Shown: positions 12,716-25,457, counted from the stretch's first letter. The stretch: 64,000 bases of DNA from Octopus vulgaris (GCA_951406725.2 OX597817.1:31434001-31498000), one strand, 5' to 3'. The notes: generated from the sequence alone by a model not told the origin. Numbers and translations: made by a program.

Positions 12716-12900
12716 CCCGGAACTTTATTATCATTGAGCTTCTTTACAGTTGCTGCAATATCATCATATGTCAGATCGCTCCTGGGTGCTCCTGATAGCA
12801 TGTAACCCAATACAATCTGTTGCGTCGTCGGTGACTAAACCGACAACCCCACTAACGTTGCTTGGTGACGAGAGTGATAATTGGACACCTTGCAGGATGA
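12715..12900 (-). pseudogene. LINE reverse-transcriptase N-terminal fragment
   Basis: LTYDDIAATVKKLNDNKVPG resembles the PTxEEVxxAIKKLKNNKAPG motif upstream of LINE RT domains. Confidence 0.55.
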
Positions 12901-13138
12901 AAATCAAGACCTGTCAAAGGGTGAACGGAACTTGCGAAGGTCAATGGTTATCCAAATGTATATATATATATGTATCACAACGACACACGTCTTTCCTTAC
13001 ATCAGCTATATTTTGACTACCCCACCTCAGCTTCCCTTCCTTACTCACAAATAATCTCAGTCTTATATACCCCAGAAGATCAATCTTCGGGAATTTCTTT
13101 TTCCCTGTGGCCGCCTGTTTGTATGTAAGTGTGTGTGC

Positions 13139-13196
<58 letters not shown>

Positions 13197-13330
13197 CACA
13201 TTGAGAAAAGGACGAGATGGACGCTTCATTTTGTGCTGGTACCGCATTATGTCGTACGCGACTCAGAGGATTTGCACCGCCAACGTAGAATTTTTGATGT
13301 AATACATGTCCTTGAAGCAGTAATTGTGCG

Positions 13331-13406
13331 CGGCTGAAGAAGGCCATAGACACACATTATGCATTGTTATAAATCCGTCTAATATAGGCCCGAAACATAT
13401 GTACCG
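13331..13406 (+). ncRNA. Type I hammerhead ribozyme candidate in (TA)n-flanked cassette 13193-13513
   Basis: CGG-CTGAAGA-A-GGCC..TAGAC/GTCTA..GGCC-C-GAAA-CATATG-TA-CCG; GUA triplet; stem I only 3 bp. Confidence 0.75.
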
Positions 13407-13509
13407 GTGAATCCTTGGCATCATGTTTTTATTTTGATTAATTTACTCCACCACCTACACCACCAAACGGTATATACAGGTGCTTACAATTATCAAGTAC
13501 TCACCCTGA

Positions 13510-13549
<40 letters not shown>

Positions 13550-13799
13550 GGCCGAAAGCCTTCTAAACAGTGGTATTCTTCCCCCAGATTGCATCATTTA
13601 TGGACGTATGGTGTTACAAAACACAGCAATATATCAGTATCTGTCTAAAATCGTCAAGCAGCGGTGGTGGTATTGCTAAATTCGCATTTCTGCATCACCA
13701 GGTTTCGTCAACAGCAAATATCCTCTGATAGCCGCATGCTACGAAACAATCAGCCGTATTAATAGAGTAAATTTATGTCTGTATATGTATGCATATGCA

Positions 13800-14010
13800 T
13801 AGGAGAGTTCACGAAAAAGAACAAAAGACGAAGACAGGTGGTGTACAAAACAAACAGATGTATTAGTATAACGCTCAGAAATAGAAAAGGTCTTTTACGT
13901 TTCGAGCCTACGCTCTTCTACAGAAAGGGACACAGAGGGAAAAAAACGAGGAGAGAAACAAGGAAAGAAAAAAATGTGTGTAGTGGCTACCGATCTATCA
14001 TGGCGACTCA
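13800..14010 (-). mobile_element. Penelope-like terminal repeat fragment (family shared with 45920-46178; related to 62790-62990)
   Basis: Minus strand GTAGAAGAGCGTAGGCTCGAAACGTAAAAG hairpin-GAAAC motif; near-identical copy at 46 kb; TA/TG-rich flanks. Confidence 0.6.
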
Positions 14011-14063
14011 TATGATATGCATATGTATATGTTTGTGAAAGTATCGGTAAAACCTCTTTCTCA

Positions 14064-14102
<39 letters not shown>

Positions 14103-14402
14103 TCAGACACACGTGCGCACACACACACACAAACACGCGCACACACATGACAATTTCGCAGCATGTCTTAACTAAATATGACTATTTAACACGTAAATTT
14201 GTTGTCTTAAGAGTCTCTTCCTTTCTTTATTAGAATCTCGGAACTAAGAGATTAAAATCTCTATAGAGGTGATTTCTGTGTGCCTAATATCATACACACA
14301 CACACACACATATATACATATATGCATACGTGTATATGTGTTTGAATGCATATGTACATATGCATATAACATAGTGATACACACACACACATAAATAATT
14401 AA

Positions 14403-14449
<47 letters not shown>

Positions 14450-14681
14450 AATGCGGATGTTTACGGTGTGTGTGTGATTAAGAGAAAGCCCACAATCCTA
14501 TGTGTGTATGTGCGTGTGTGTCTTTATTTCCTTAAGATGACGTTAGAATTGTTGCCATATGTTACAGAAAGAAAAAGAAACCCCGAAAATATGAGATAGT
14601 GCCCTTCCTGTCTTTGAAATGCTTGCAGCCAGATTCTAACAAATATTTATGATAATATTTATTTTCTTGTTATATTTTATT

Positions 14682-14763
<82 letters not shown>

Positions 14764-14929
14764 TACATCCTTATTCTTTGCCATAATCTTGTTACATACA
14801 CGCGCTTTTCTACACATGCGCATAAACATACAAACAAATGCACACTTACACATGAACACACCTACATGCTCGTGTGTGTGTGTGTGTGCATGCATGTGTG
14901 CGCGTGTGTCTGTGTGTCTGTGTGTGTTG

Positions 14930-15120
14930 AAGGCCTATTGACTAGTAGTTAAGGTGTTGCACCCACGATCACAAGATCGTGGTTTTGATCGGGTGGGGGG
15001 GGTCTGTTGTGTTATGAACAAAAGACTTTATTTCACCTTCGTTTAGACCACTCAGCTGCGACGAGACATTATTCGAAAGCTACAACAATGAGAGGAAGCG
15101 CATTGTGACCAGCGGTGTAT
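14930..15120 (+). mobile_element. Diverged SINE-C head H2
   Basis: TAGTTAAGGTGTTGCAC..GATC..TTGTGTTATGAACAAAAGACTTTATTTCAC. Confidence 0.55.
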
Positions 15121-15445
15121 AATACAGTGATATGTATGTGTTCGTGCGCCTGCGCATACGCACACACACACACACACATAATGCCCAGAAACAAGCATCC
15201 TCGTCCACGTAGACACACGCACACGATTTTCTTGCTTTCAGTTGTCCATCGAATTGTATGTTGAACATCATTTTTAATCGTAGATTATTTGATGACAGGA
15301 TATTCTTGATCCTTTATTTACACCTTCGGTCATAGAAATTACACATACATACATACATACATACATACATACATACATACATACATACATACATACATAC
15401 ATACATACATACATACATACATACATACATACAAATATATATATA

Positions 15446-15481
<36 letters not shown>

Positions 15482-15509
15482 CTTTATTTAAAGTAGCAGA
15501 AAATTCAAC

Positions 15510-15556
15510 AAAACCTGTTACTCTGAGTTTCCCGTTGCCGTTCGTCGGACAGTTTT
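15510..15556 (-). ncRNA. Type I hammerhead candidate with CCGACGA core, in cassette 15481-15665
   Basis: Minus strand AAAACTGT-CCGACGA-ACG(GCAA)CGG-GAAA-CTCAGAG-TA-ACAGGTTTT; AATAAA downstream; (TA)n on both sides. Confidence 0.6.
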
Positions 15557-15850
15557 TGCTAGAATGGAACCGATATGTCAATTCTATCCAGACTATTACA
15601 ACGCTACACCTTAAAAAAAATGGACTTTTTTCCACCTTGTTTCACGTTTATGTGTTTACTCCGGTATATATATATATATATATATATGTCCCTTTTGCTG
15701 TCCTGGTGTTCGTATGCATTCGATCCTTCTTCCAGGAAATCTACGCTTCCAGCTTAGTTTTTCGTGTTTATTGTGTCGTCTTCTAAGAGTTATACGTTCT
15801 TGTCCATGTTGTATTTTTCTACATACCTTAATATATATATATATATATAT

Positions 15851-16082
15851 ATTTCTTTACTACCCACAAGGGGCTAAACACAGAGGAGACAAACAAGGAC
15901 AGACAAAGGGATTAAGTCGATTACATCGACCCCCAGTGCGTAACTGGTACTTAATTTATCGACCCCGGAAGGATGAAAGGCAAAGTCGACTTCGGCGGAA
16001 TTTGAACTCGGAACGTAACGGCAGACGAAATACGGCAACGCATTTCGCCCGGCGTGCTAACGTTTCTGCCAGCTCGCCGCTT
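15851..16082 (-). mobile_element. SINE-A monomer, type-A tail, in (TA)n
   Basis: Full-length family sequence. Confidence 0.93.
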
Positions 16083-16091
16083 TATATATAT

Positions 16092-16179
<88 letters not shown>

Positions 16180-16190
16180 TGTTTGTGTGC

Positions 16191-16527
16191 GTGAAGGCGC
16201 ATGGCTCAGTTGTTAGAGCGTTGAGATTACGATCGTGAGGTTGTGAGTTCAATTCCCGGACCGGGCTGGATGTTGTGTTCTTCAGCAAGACACTTTCTTT
16301 CACGTTGCTCCAGTTCACTCAGCTGTAGAAATGAATTGCGACGTCACAGGTGCCAAGCTGTACCGGCCGTTGCCTTTCTCTTGGATAACACTGGTGGCGT
16401 GGAGAGGGGAGGCCAGTATGCATGGGCGACTGCTGGTCTTCCATAAAACAAGCTTGCTCGGACTTGTGCCTGGGAGGGTAACTTTCTAGATGCAATCCCA
16501 TGGTCAATCATGATCGAAGGGGGTCTC
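16191..16527 (+). mobile_element. SINE-C H2+T3
   Basis: tRNA head with CORE-like block; tail ending CGAAGGGGGTCTC; same family as 42536-42874. Confidence 0.9.
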
Positions 16528-16538
16528 AGAATCAGAGA

Positions 16539-16618
<80 letters not shown>

Positions 16619-16679
16619 GTACTGAATGACCAAAAATGGCTTTACCACACTGTTGGAACACAGACAAGTGAACGAACCA

Positions 16680-16962
16680 GTGGACTTCATTGCCGCCTCA
16701 CCTATAACTAGCGAGGCAGTTACGATGGAATACATTGATATTAGCGAAGAAGATATACTACTAGCCATAGATGAAGTGGTCGCAAACACAACTGCTGGGC
16801 CTGGTGGTTTCCCAGCAATCCTCCGCTAATCGTGTAAGCGTACCCTGGCAAAACCCCTCCAGATTCTCTTCCAGATTCTCTTGCAAATAGCAGACTGCCA
16901 AGCAAGCTGAAGAAGGGAATATGCCCGATCCATAAAGTGGGAACCAGAGCAGACGCCAAAAC
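16680..16962 (+). pseudogene. CR1/L2-type LINE RT fragment
   Basis: IDISEEDILLAIDE..NTTAGPGGFPAIL..CKRTLAKPLQILFQ..LPSKLK.GICPIHKVGTRADAK (frameshifted). Confidence 0.8.
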
Positions 16963-17123
16963 ATTTTTCTAATGTAATAATTGTTTGTATTTCATATATA
17001 TATTAGATACCCTAAATGTTAATTTTAATAATAATTATTACCTTTGAAGGTTTTTATTCCCATGCTGGTCACTTGATAAGATCGATATTTAAATTAACGA
17101 TCTTATCCTTATTTATATAAATT

Positions 17124-17247
<124 letters not shown>

Positions 17248-18051
17248 TGTGTGTTTGTGTGTGTGTATGTGTGTACATATATATGATCCAGAAACTGAAA
17301 CAATATTGATAAGTACTGAAGTAATTTTTAATCCAATAGATTAGTGTCAATAAATACGTTATGTTTGTGAACATCTGAACACATCAGATGTTCATTTCGA
17401 TGACTACACGTTAATGCAACTAATTTTTCACTATACCACATCCGACATTTTATTGTAGTTCTTCATACACCCAATGTGAAAAGCACTGATTTTATTTTTA
17501 TGTAGCCTAGGACTAATTCAGCTATTTCTCCGCAGACAGAAAAAAAATGAGGAATATCCTTAATCGATTTTCGAATCTTATTAGGTTCTTATCAAAGGCA
17601 TCCCCAGCAACTTGACGAATCTCAGGGAGTCAATCTTCCTGTTTCCTTATACCATTATACTCCAAACAATCTCAGTAGCTACAGAAAACTGGAGCTACTA
17701 ATTTGCATAACATATAAATGTTTAACACTTTATTTAATATCCGGACTTTTCAAAGTGGATCTCAGTCCACACAGTAACAAGATGTAATGTAATATATGCT
17801 ATCTATATTGTGAATTTATAAACAGGGTTTATTAAGCTATTTTCCTGTCGAATGAAAAATTGACAAACAACCTTAATCGATTTTCTCATCAGTGGCATCT
17901 ATCAATCCCTAAGAAACAAACAGCCAATCGGCTTGCATACTCAACAATTTCATTTCCTTTTACTATTCACTGCTATTCTGGACCATCTATTGGAGCAGAT
18001 TTAGTTATAGATATCAACTACTTGAAAAACATGACTAATGTTAACATTAAC

Positions 18052-18413
18052 ATGGCTGTGTGCTAAGTAGCTTGCTAACCAACCACATGGTTCCGGGTTC
18101 AGTCCCACTGCGTGACACCTTGGGCAAGTGTCGTCTACTATAGCCTCGGGCCGGCCAAAGCCTTGTTAGTGGATTTGATAGACGGAAACTGAAAGGCGAA
18201 ATGCTTTGCAGTATTTCGTCTGCCGTTACGTTGTGAGTTCAAATTCCGCCGAGGTCGACTTTGCCTTTCATCCTTTCGGGGTCGATAAATTAAGCACCAG
18301 TTACGCACTGGGGTCGATGTAATCGACTTAATACCTATGTCTGTCCTTGTTTGTCCCCTCTATGTTTAGCCCCTTGTGGGTAATAAAGAAATAGGAAACT
18401 GAAAGAAGCCTGT

Positions 18414-18449
<36 letters not shown>

Positions 18450-18676
18450 GTACGTGTGTGTATATGTTTGTGTGTCTGTTTGTCCTCCCAACATCGCTGG
18501 ACAACCGATGGTGGTGTGTTTACGTCCCCGTAACTTAGTGGTTCGGTAAAATGAACCGATAGAATAAGTACTAGGCTTACAAAGAATAAGTCCTGGGGTC
18601 GATTAGCTCGACTAAAGGCGGTGCTCCAGCATGGCCGCAGTCAAATGACTGAAACAAGTAAAAGAGTAAAAGAGTA
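18052..18676 (+). mobile_element. SINE-B with nested SINE-A (18192-18393)
   Basis: Insert flanked by GGAAACTGAAAG duplication. Confidence 0.9.
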
Positions 18677-18780
18677 ATATTAATGAGAACGTTGAATAGG
18701 AAAACATTTGCTCACGAGATCGCAATAAGAGCACAAATATGGAGCCATCTTCCATGCTTAATAAAGTAATTAAGATAATA

Positions 18781-18948
18781 GTAGGAGTGGCTGTGTGGTA
18801 AGTAGCTTGCTTACCAACCACATGGTTCTGGGTTCAGTCCCACTGCGTGGCACTTTGGGCAATTGTCTTCTGCTATAGCCTCGGGCCAACCAAAGCCTAG
18901 TGAGTGGATTTGGTAGACGGAAACTGAAAGAAGCCTGTCGTATATATG

Positions 18949-18984
<36 letters not shown>

Positions 18985-19324
18985 TGTTGTATAGAGGGCA
19001 TTATTACACATAAATGCCACACGCTAAGAGGGACATAAGTCATTACTACCAAAATTTAACTAATCATACCTAATGCAGCTCCCGAAGCAAGACATTTAAA
19101 AAACTGAATTTAGTTCTATATCACCTGTGATTTCGCAATTAACGTATCAAATACATCTTTTGTTCATCAGTAGAACAGATTCTGAACACATCATAAATAA
19201 ACAACCAACATACCTAGCGAAGCCAAACAGACATCTGCTCCCCTCGGCGAAGCACATGGAAATGTTCATTCATTCATTCATTATTAAGGTTTTATCCTTA
19301 ATTGTTAAATTTATATATATGTAT

Positions 19325-19375
<51 letters not shown>

Positions 19376-19575
19376 TGTGTTTGTCCCCCCAAAATCGCTT
19401 GACAACCAATGCTGGTTTGTTAACATCCCCGCAACTTAGCGGTTCGGCAAAACCGCTAAGTAGAATAATTACTAGACTTACAAAGAATAAGTCCTGGGGG
19501 TCGATTTGCTCGACTGAAGGCGGTGCTCGAGCATGGCCACAGTCAAATGACTGAAACAAGTAAAAGAGTAAAAGA
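18781..19575 (+). mobile_element. SINE-B with a 330-bp cassette inserted in its internal (TA)n
   Basis: 5' half at 18781-18981, 3' half at 19311-19575. Confidence 0.88.
19113..19176 (-). ncRNA. Type I hammerhead ribozyme candidate
   Basis: Minus strand GTTCTA-CTGATGA-ACAA..GATGTAT/ATACGTT..TTGC-GAAA-TCACAGGTGA-TA-TAGAAC; perfect 6-bp stem I; AUA triplet. Confidence 0.85.
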
Positions 19576-20142
19576 ATAGTATTAATGAGAACATTGAATA
19601 GGAAAACATTTGCTCATGAGATCGCAAAAAAAGCACAAGTATGGAGCCATCTTCCATGCTTAATAAAGTAATTAAGATAATATTTGTCGATGGCTATTGT
19701 TTTTACATTACTTCATAATCCATTCTAGTTTAAGTTTACGTAATGTTTCCTACATTAAACGTGTTGTACATTAAATTAACTATTTAAATTTCGACTCCTG
19801 ATGTGAGAGTGTGATGAAGGATGTTTTGAGGTTGTGACAGCATTTCCTATTGCTCTTGTTCGTTATTTCCTACAAACCAAGAAGTTAAATTGGAGCGTAA
19901 CCCTCAAGAATCTTCCGTTTGTGTGTGTGCGCACGCGCATGTGTGGGTGCGAGGGTGCGTGCGTGTGTATGAGGGGTGCGTTTCTCTGCCTGAACATACA
20001 TGTGTATGCGTCTGCGAGTGCGGGGTTTGTGTGTGTTCGTGTGTGTGTGTACGCACACACAAACGCAAACATACGTATAAATTCATATATACATATATAT
20101 ACATCTATGTATATATACATATGTATATTCATATAAACGTAC

Positions 20143-20208
<66 letters not shown>

Positions 20209-20504
20209 ATAAACATATATATATGCGCACTCATATACATATATGTGCGTGTGTGTGGGTGTGCATGTGCACGTGTATATGTTTATGCATATATCCGCAT
20301 ATGAACGAGAAACTGTGTAAACAAATAAGAATAAAAAGAAACGGGTGAGAACCAGGTGAGCATTGCAACCTGACCGTTTCAAAATGGCCGTGTGTACATA
20401 CGTTCTTAATTAATTTTATATACATATATACATACACAAACATATACGCTCAAACACGCGCGCACACACACACATACACATGCACGCACAGGTATAAGTA
20501 TATT

Positions 20505-21093
20505 TTCGACGGGTTTCTTTCAGATACCTATTTCTTTACTACCCACAAGGGGCTAAACATAGAGGGGACAAACAAGGACAGACATAGGTATTTAGTCGAT
20601 TACATCGACCCCAGTGCGTAACTGGTACTTCATTTATCGACCCCGAAAGGATGAAAGGCAAAGTCGACCTCGGCGGAATTTGAACTCAGAACGTAACGGC
20701 AGACGGAATACGGCTAGGCACTTCGCCCGGCGTGCTAACGTTTCTGCCAGCTCGCCGCCTTTCAGATACCGTCTACCAAATCTATACACACGGCTTTGGT
20801 CCGCTCGGTGTTATAGTAGAAGACCCAGTGTCACACAGTGGGATTGATCTCGGGACTATGTAGTTGGGAAGCAACCTCCTTACCACACAGCTGCATTTGA
20901 CTGCGGCCATGCTGGAGCACCGCCTTTTAGTCGAACAAATCGATCCCAGGACTTATTCTTTCTAAACTTAGTACTTATTTTATCGGTGGCTTTTGCCGAA
21001 CCGCTAAGTTACAGAGACGTAAACACACCAAGATCAGTTGTCAAGCGATGGTAGGAGGATAAACGCAAACACACAAATACATACACGCATACA

Positions 21094-21156
<63 letters not shown>

Positions 21157-21319
21157 GACACGCTTCTTTCAGTTTTCGTCTACCACATCCACTTACAAGG
21201 CTTTGGTCGGCGCGAGGCTATAGTAGGAGACGCTCGCTCAAGGTGCCATGCAGTGGGACTGAACCCAGAACCATGTGGTTCGGAAGCAAGCTTCTTACCA
21301 CGCAGTCACTCCTGCGCCT
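20505..21319 (-). mobile_element. Two SINE-B copies (20505-20893 partial with nested SINE-A at 20530-20760; 20894-21319)
   Basis: Family sequence; TSD TTTCAGATACC around the nested SINE-A. Confidence 0.88.
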
Positions 21320-21335
21320 TTAAGGGAATGAAAGA

Positions 21336-21454
21336 CGTTTACAGCACCTAGACTTCCCAAGTGGTCACCCATCTAAGTACTAACTAGGCTCGATATTGCT
21401 TAAATTCGGCGATCGGACGAGAACCGGTGTTTTCAACGTGATGTTGCTATGGTT
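21336..21454 (-). pseudogene. 5S rRNA pseudogene (full length, diverged)
   Basis: Minus strand CATCACGTTGAAAACACCGGTTCTCGTCCGATCGCCGAATTTAAGCAA..AGTTAGTACTTAGATGGGTGACC..TGGGAA..GGTGCTGTA; about 119 nt; solitary. Confidence 0.9.
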
Positions 21455-21474
21455 TTATATATATATATATATAT

Positions 21475-21569
<95 letters not shown>

Positions 21570-21598
21570 TACGGGTGTGTGTGATTGTGTATAGAAGA

Positions 21599-21902
21599 AT
21601 ATATTAATAAAAGGAATTCCAGCCTTGTCTGATTTTCACGTTTTATTTACAATCTTATAATGATATAATATAAGATAATATAATAATTTTTGACAGTCAA
21701 AAATTGTGAAGCATGACTGTCACCACTACTACATGAACCTGAAGATTGCAGAATTTAAAGCATGAAAGTACTAGTTCAATCAGAATGAACATTTAACATT
21801 CTATTATTTTATTTTATTTTATTATAATATATTATCTTATATTATATCATTATAAGATTGTAAATAAAACGTGAAAATCGGACAAGGTTGGAATTCCTTT
21901 TA

Positions 21903-21911
<9 letters not shown>
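21599..21911 (+). mobile_element. Penelope-like cassette with inverted arms of about 83 bp
   Basis: 21599-21682 is the reverse complement of 21828-21911 (2 mismatches seen); hammerhead in the spacer. Confidence 0.75.
21734..21778 (+). ncRNA. Minimal type I hammerhead ribozyme candidate
   Basis: TGAAC-CTGAAGA-TTGC(AGAATTTAAA)GCAT-GAAA-GTAC-TA-GTTCA; palindromic stem III; CUA triplet. Confidence 0.8.
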
Positions 21912-21959
<48 letters not shown>

Positions 21960-22004
21960 ATGTGTGTGTGTGTGTGTGTGTAACTGATTAATTAATTAAT
22001 TAAG

Positions 22005-22041
<37 letters not shown>

Positions 22042-22523
22042 GTATATGTGTGTGTGTGTGTGTGTGTAACTGATTAATTAATTAATTAAGAACGTATGTA
22101 AACATTATGAAACGGTCAGATTTCAATGCCCACCTGGCTCTCACTAACGTCTTTCCTTTTCTTCATGTTTGTTTATATAATTTCTCGTTGGATATGCCTA
22201 CAAATGTCTGCTTGTTGCCATATATGTACACGCGCGCACACGCACACACACACATTAATTCTCAGCCCTCGCTTTCATTTTTTTAATTCTTCATTGGGTA
22301 AAGGATTCTCAGAAATTTCCGGAAAGTTCTGAGCAAAATATACCAGGCGGTATTTAGTTGCATTTCTCTTCTGTCTCGATTTAACTGCTTAGATCGAATT
22401 CTCAAATACCCTCATGTACGTGTGTTTTTAATTTTGTTAATCAGTCTCTTAGGCTCAATATGATATGCATACAGACAAACACAAACACACACACATGCAC
22501 ACACACACCAAGTGCATATTACA

Positions 22524-22970
22524 TATTTCTTTATTTCCCACAAGGAGCTAAACATAGAGAGGGCAAACAAGGACAGTTAAAGGGGCTAAGTTGATTACGT
22601 CGACCCCAGTGCGTAACTGGTACTTAATTTATCGACCCCGAAAGGATGAAAAGCAAAGTCAACCTCGGCGGAATTTGAACTCAGAACGTAAAGACAGACG
22701 AAATACTGCTAAGCATTTCGCCCGGCGTGCTAACGTTTCTGCCCGCTCGCCGCCTTTGTGCATATTACTAGGATGGCAAAACAAGGACAGTTAAAGGGGT
22801 TAAGTTGATTACGTCGACCCCAGTGCGTAACTGGTACTTAATTTATCGACCCCGAAAGGATGAAAAGCAAAGTCGACTTCGGCGGAATATGAAACCTGAA
22901 CGTAAAGACAGACGAAATATTGCTAAGCATTTCGCCCGGCGTGCTAACGTTTCTTCCAGCTCGCCGCCTT
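22524..22970 (-). mobile_element. Two SINE-A copies from a local duplication
   Basis: 22524-22755 and 22775-22970 share private variants (GATGAAAAGC, CAGTTAAAGGGG). Confidence 0.88.
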
Positions 22971-22980
22971 TGTGCATATT

Positions 22981-23370
22981 TGATGGAAGCACTCTGTCGG
23001 TTACGACGATGAGGGTTCCGGTTGATCCGAATCAACGGAACAGCCGGCTCCTGAAATTAACGTGTAAGTGGCTGAGCACTCCACAGACACGTGTACCCTT
23101 AACGTAGTTCTCGGGGATATTCAGCGTGACACAGAGAGTGACAAGGCCGGCCCTTTGAAATACAGGTACAACAGAAACAGGAAGTAAGAGTGAGAGAAAG
23201 TTGTGGTGAAAGAGTACAGCAGGGATCACCACCATCCCCTGCCGGAGACTCGTGGAGCTTTTAGGTGTTTTCGCTCAATAAACACTCACAACGCCCGGTC
23301 TGGGAATCGAAACCGCGATCCTATGACCGCGAGTCCGCTGCCCTAACCACTGGGCCATTGCGCCTCCACG
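22981..23370 (-). mobile_element. SINE-C H1+T1
   Basis: Head GGAGGCGCAATGGCCCAGTGGTTAGGGCAGCGGACTCGC; TSD TTTGTGCATATT (22969-22980 and 23371-23382). Confidence 0.92.
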
Positions 23371-23624
23371 TTTGTGCATATTACTAGGATGGCAACACCG
23401 TTCAGGAGAATGTCTGGTTGGATTCTGATGTCATTCAGAACCAAGAAAAGGGATACAATCCAATTTCTTCGGAGAATATTTGTTCTCGGCCTCCTAGACT
23501 ACTGTACTAACAGTTGTCTCCTCCACAAAGCGTCAAACTAACAGCGAAACTCAAAGCAATCCAACGCCACTATACAAAAAAGTTTGTGCCGATGTAACAG
23601 ATAAGCTGAAATATCCTGGAGGGA

Positions 23625-24951
23625 TTGTCCCCAGTTGATGCGAAGCCGTATCCAACCTCGGACCACGTGGTTGATTCAATGAGCAATGCTATAAACTTAA
23701 GAACTTGTACCTGGCAATCTGTCGCTTACGATGACGAGGGTTCCGGTTGATCTGATCAGTAGAACCGCCTGCTCGTGAAATTAATGTGCAAGTGGCTGAG
23801 GACTCCACAAACATGCATACTCCTAATATAGTTCTCAGAGAGATTCAGTGTGACACAGAATGTGACAAGACTGGCTCTTTGAAATACAACTACTACTCAT
23901 TTTTGAACTGGTTCGATGTGAAATAATAAAGTGTCTTGCTCAAAGACACAACGCGCTGCCGAGAATCGAACTCACGATGTTATGATCGTGAACCGAACCC
24001 CTAACCACTAAGTAGGAAAAAGAAAACAGCATTATTTTATTTTTCTTTCGCCCAGTTGCAATTCTTTTCTACTCTAGGTACAAGGCCAGAAAGTTTTGGA
24101 GAATGGGCCAGTCGATTAGATTGATCCCCAGTACGCAACTGGTACTTAATTTATCGACTTCGAAAGGATGAAAGGAAAAGTCGACCTCGGCGGAATTTAA
24201 ATTCAGAACGTAAAGACAGATGAAATACCGCTAAGCATTTCACCGGGTGGCCTAACGTTTTTTTTTTTTTCTACTCTAGGCACAAAGCCCGAAATTTTGG
24301 AGGAGGATAGTCGTTTAGAATTTCGCCACAAGTACAAGTACAAGTAAGTTTTGCCTGAAACCAGTGAAGTACACACACACGCAAGCACACAAGCACACGC
24401 ACGCACACTCATACATACATACATACACACGCACGCAAGCACACACACACACACACACATACACACATACATACATACATACATACATACATACATACAT
24501 ACATACATACATACATACATACATACATGTGATGATCTTCGGTGTTACCGTCAATAAAATTTCTTCGTATCGTGTTAGTCACTAGATAGCATTGTAGAAA
24601 AGATTGCTCCCGGTTGATGCGAAGCCGTACCCAACCTCGGACCACGTGGTTGATTCAATGAGCAATGCTATAAATTTAACAACTTGTACCTGGCAATCCG
24701 TCGCTTACGATGAAGAGGGTTCCGGTTGATCTGATCAATAGAACCGCCCGCTCGTGAAATTAATGTGCAAGTGGCTGAGGACTCCACAAACATACGTACC
24801 CTTAACATAGTTCTCAGAGAGATTCAGCGTGACACAGAATGTGACAAGACTGGCTCTTTGAAATACAACTACTACTCATTTTTGAACTGGTTCGATGTGA
24901 AATAATAAAGTGTCTTGCTCAAAGACACAACGCGCTGCCGAGAATCGAACT
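23625..24951. repeat. Direct duplication of about 347 bp (23625-23971 and 24604-24951) including a SINE-C H2+T1
   Basis: GTTGATGCGAAGCCGTA..CGAGAATCGAACTC present twice. Confidence 0.92.
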
Positions 24952-25457
24952 CGGCGGAAGTTGAACTCAGAACGTAACGGCAGACGAAATAACGCTAAGC
25001 ATTTCGCCCGGCGTGCTAACGTTTCTGCCAGCTCGCCGCCTTCGCCCAGTTGATATTAAGCTTGATACTAAACTAGCGGCTCCACACACATTCACCCTTC
25101 TCTGCTCACAGTCGCTAAGTCGAACAAACACTCGTAATCACTATAAACACATAAGAGTAAATAGACGCAGGTGCGAGGGCACACGTATGCACACCAGCTC
25201 CAACTTAAACAGTCGTTTAGATCGACCTCAGTACGCAGCTGGTACTTAATTTATCGACCCCGAAAGGATGAAAGGCAAAGTCGACCTCAGCGGAATTTGA
25301 ACTCAGAACGTAATGGCAGACGAAATACCTATTTCTTTACTATCCACAAGGAGCTAAACACAGAGTGGACAAACAAGGACAGACAAACGGCATATATACG
25401 TACATGCATGTGAATGTATACATTTGCATACACCCATAACATACGTATGCACAAACT

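Noticed and set aside
13690-13735. Minus-strand hammerhead (CAGAGGA...GAAACCTGGTG)
   Set aside because: Core and cleavage triplet are non-functional and stem II does not pair.
17367-17395. Hairpin TGAACATCTGA/TCAGATGTTCA
   Set aside because: Short isolated hairpin with no ribozyme core or TSD.
23295-23369. tRNA gene
   Set aside because: The tRNA-like head continues into a SINE body with TSDs. All tRNA-like sequences here are SINE heads.
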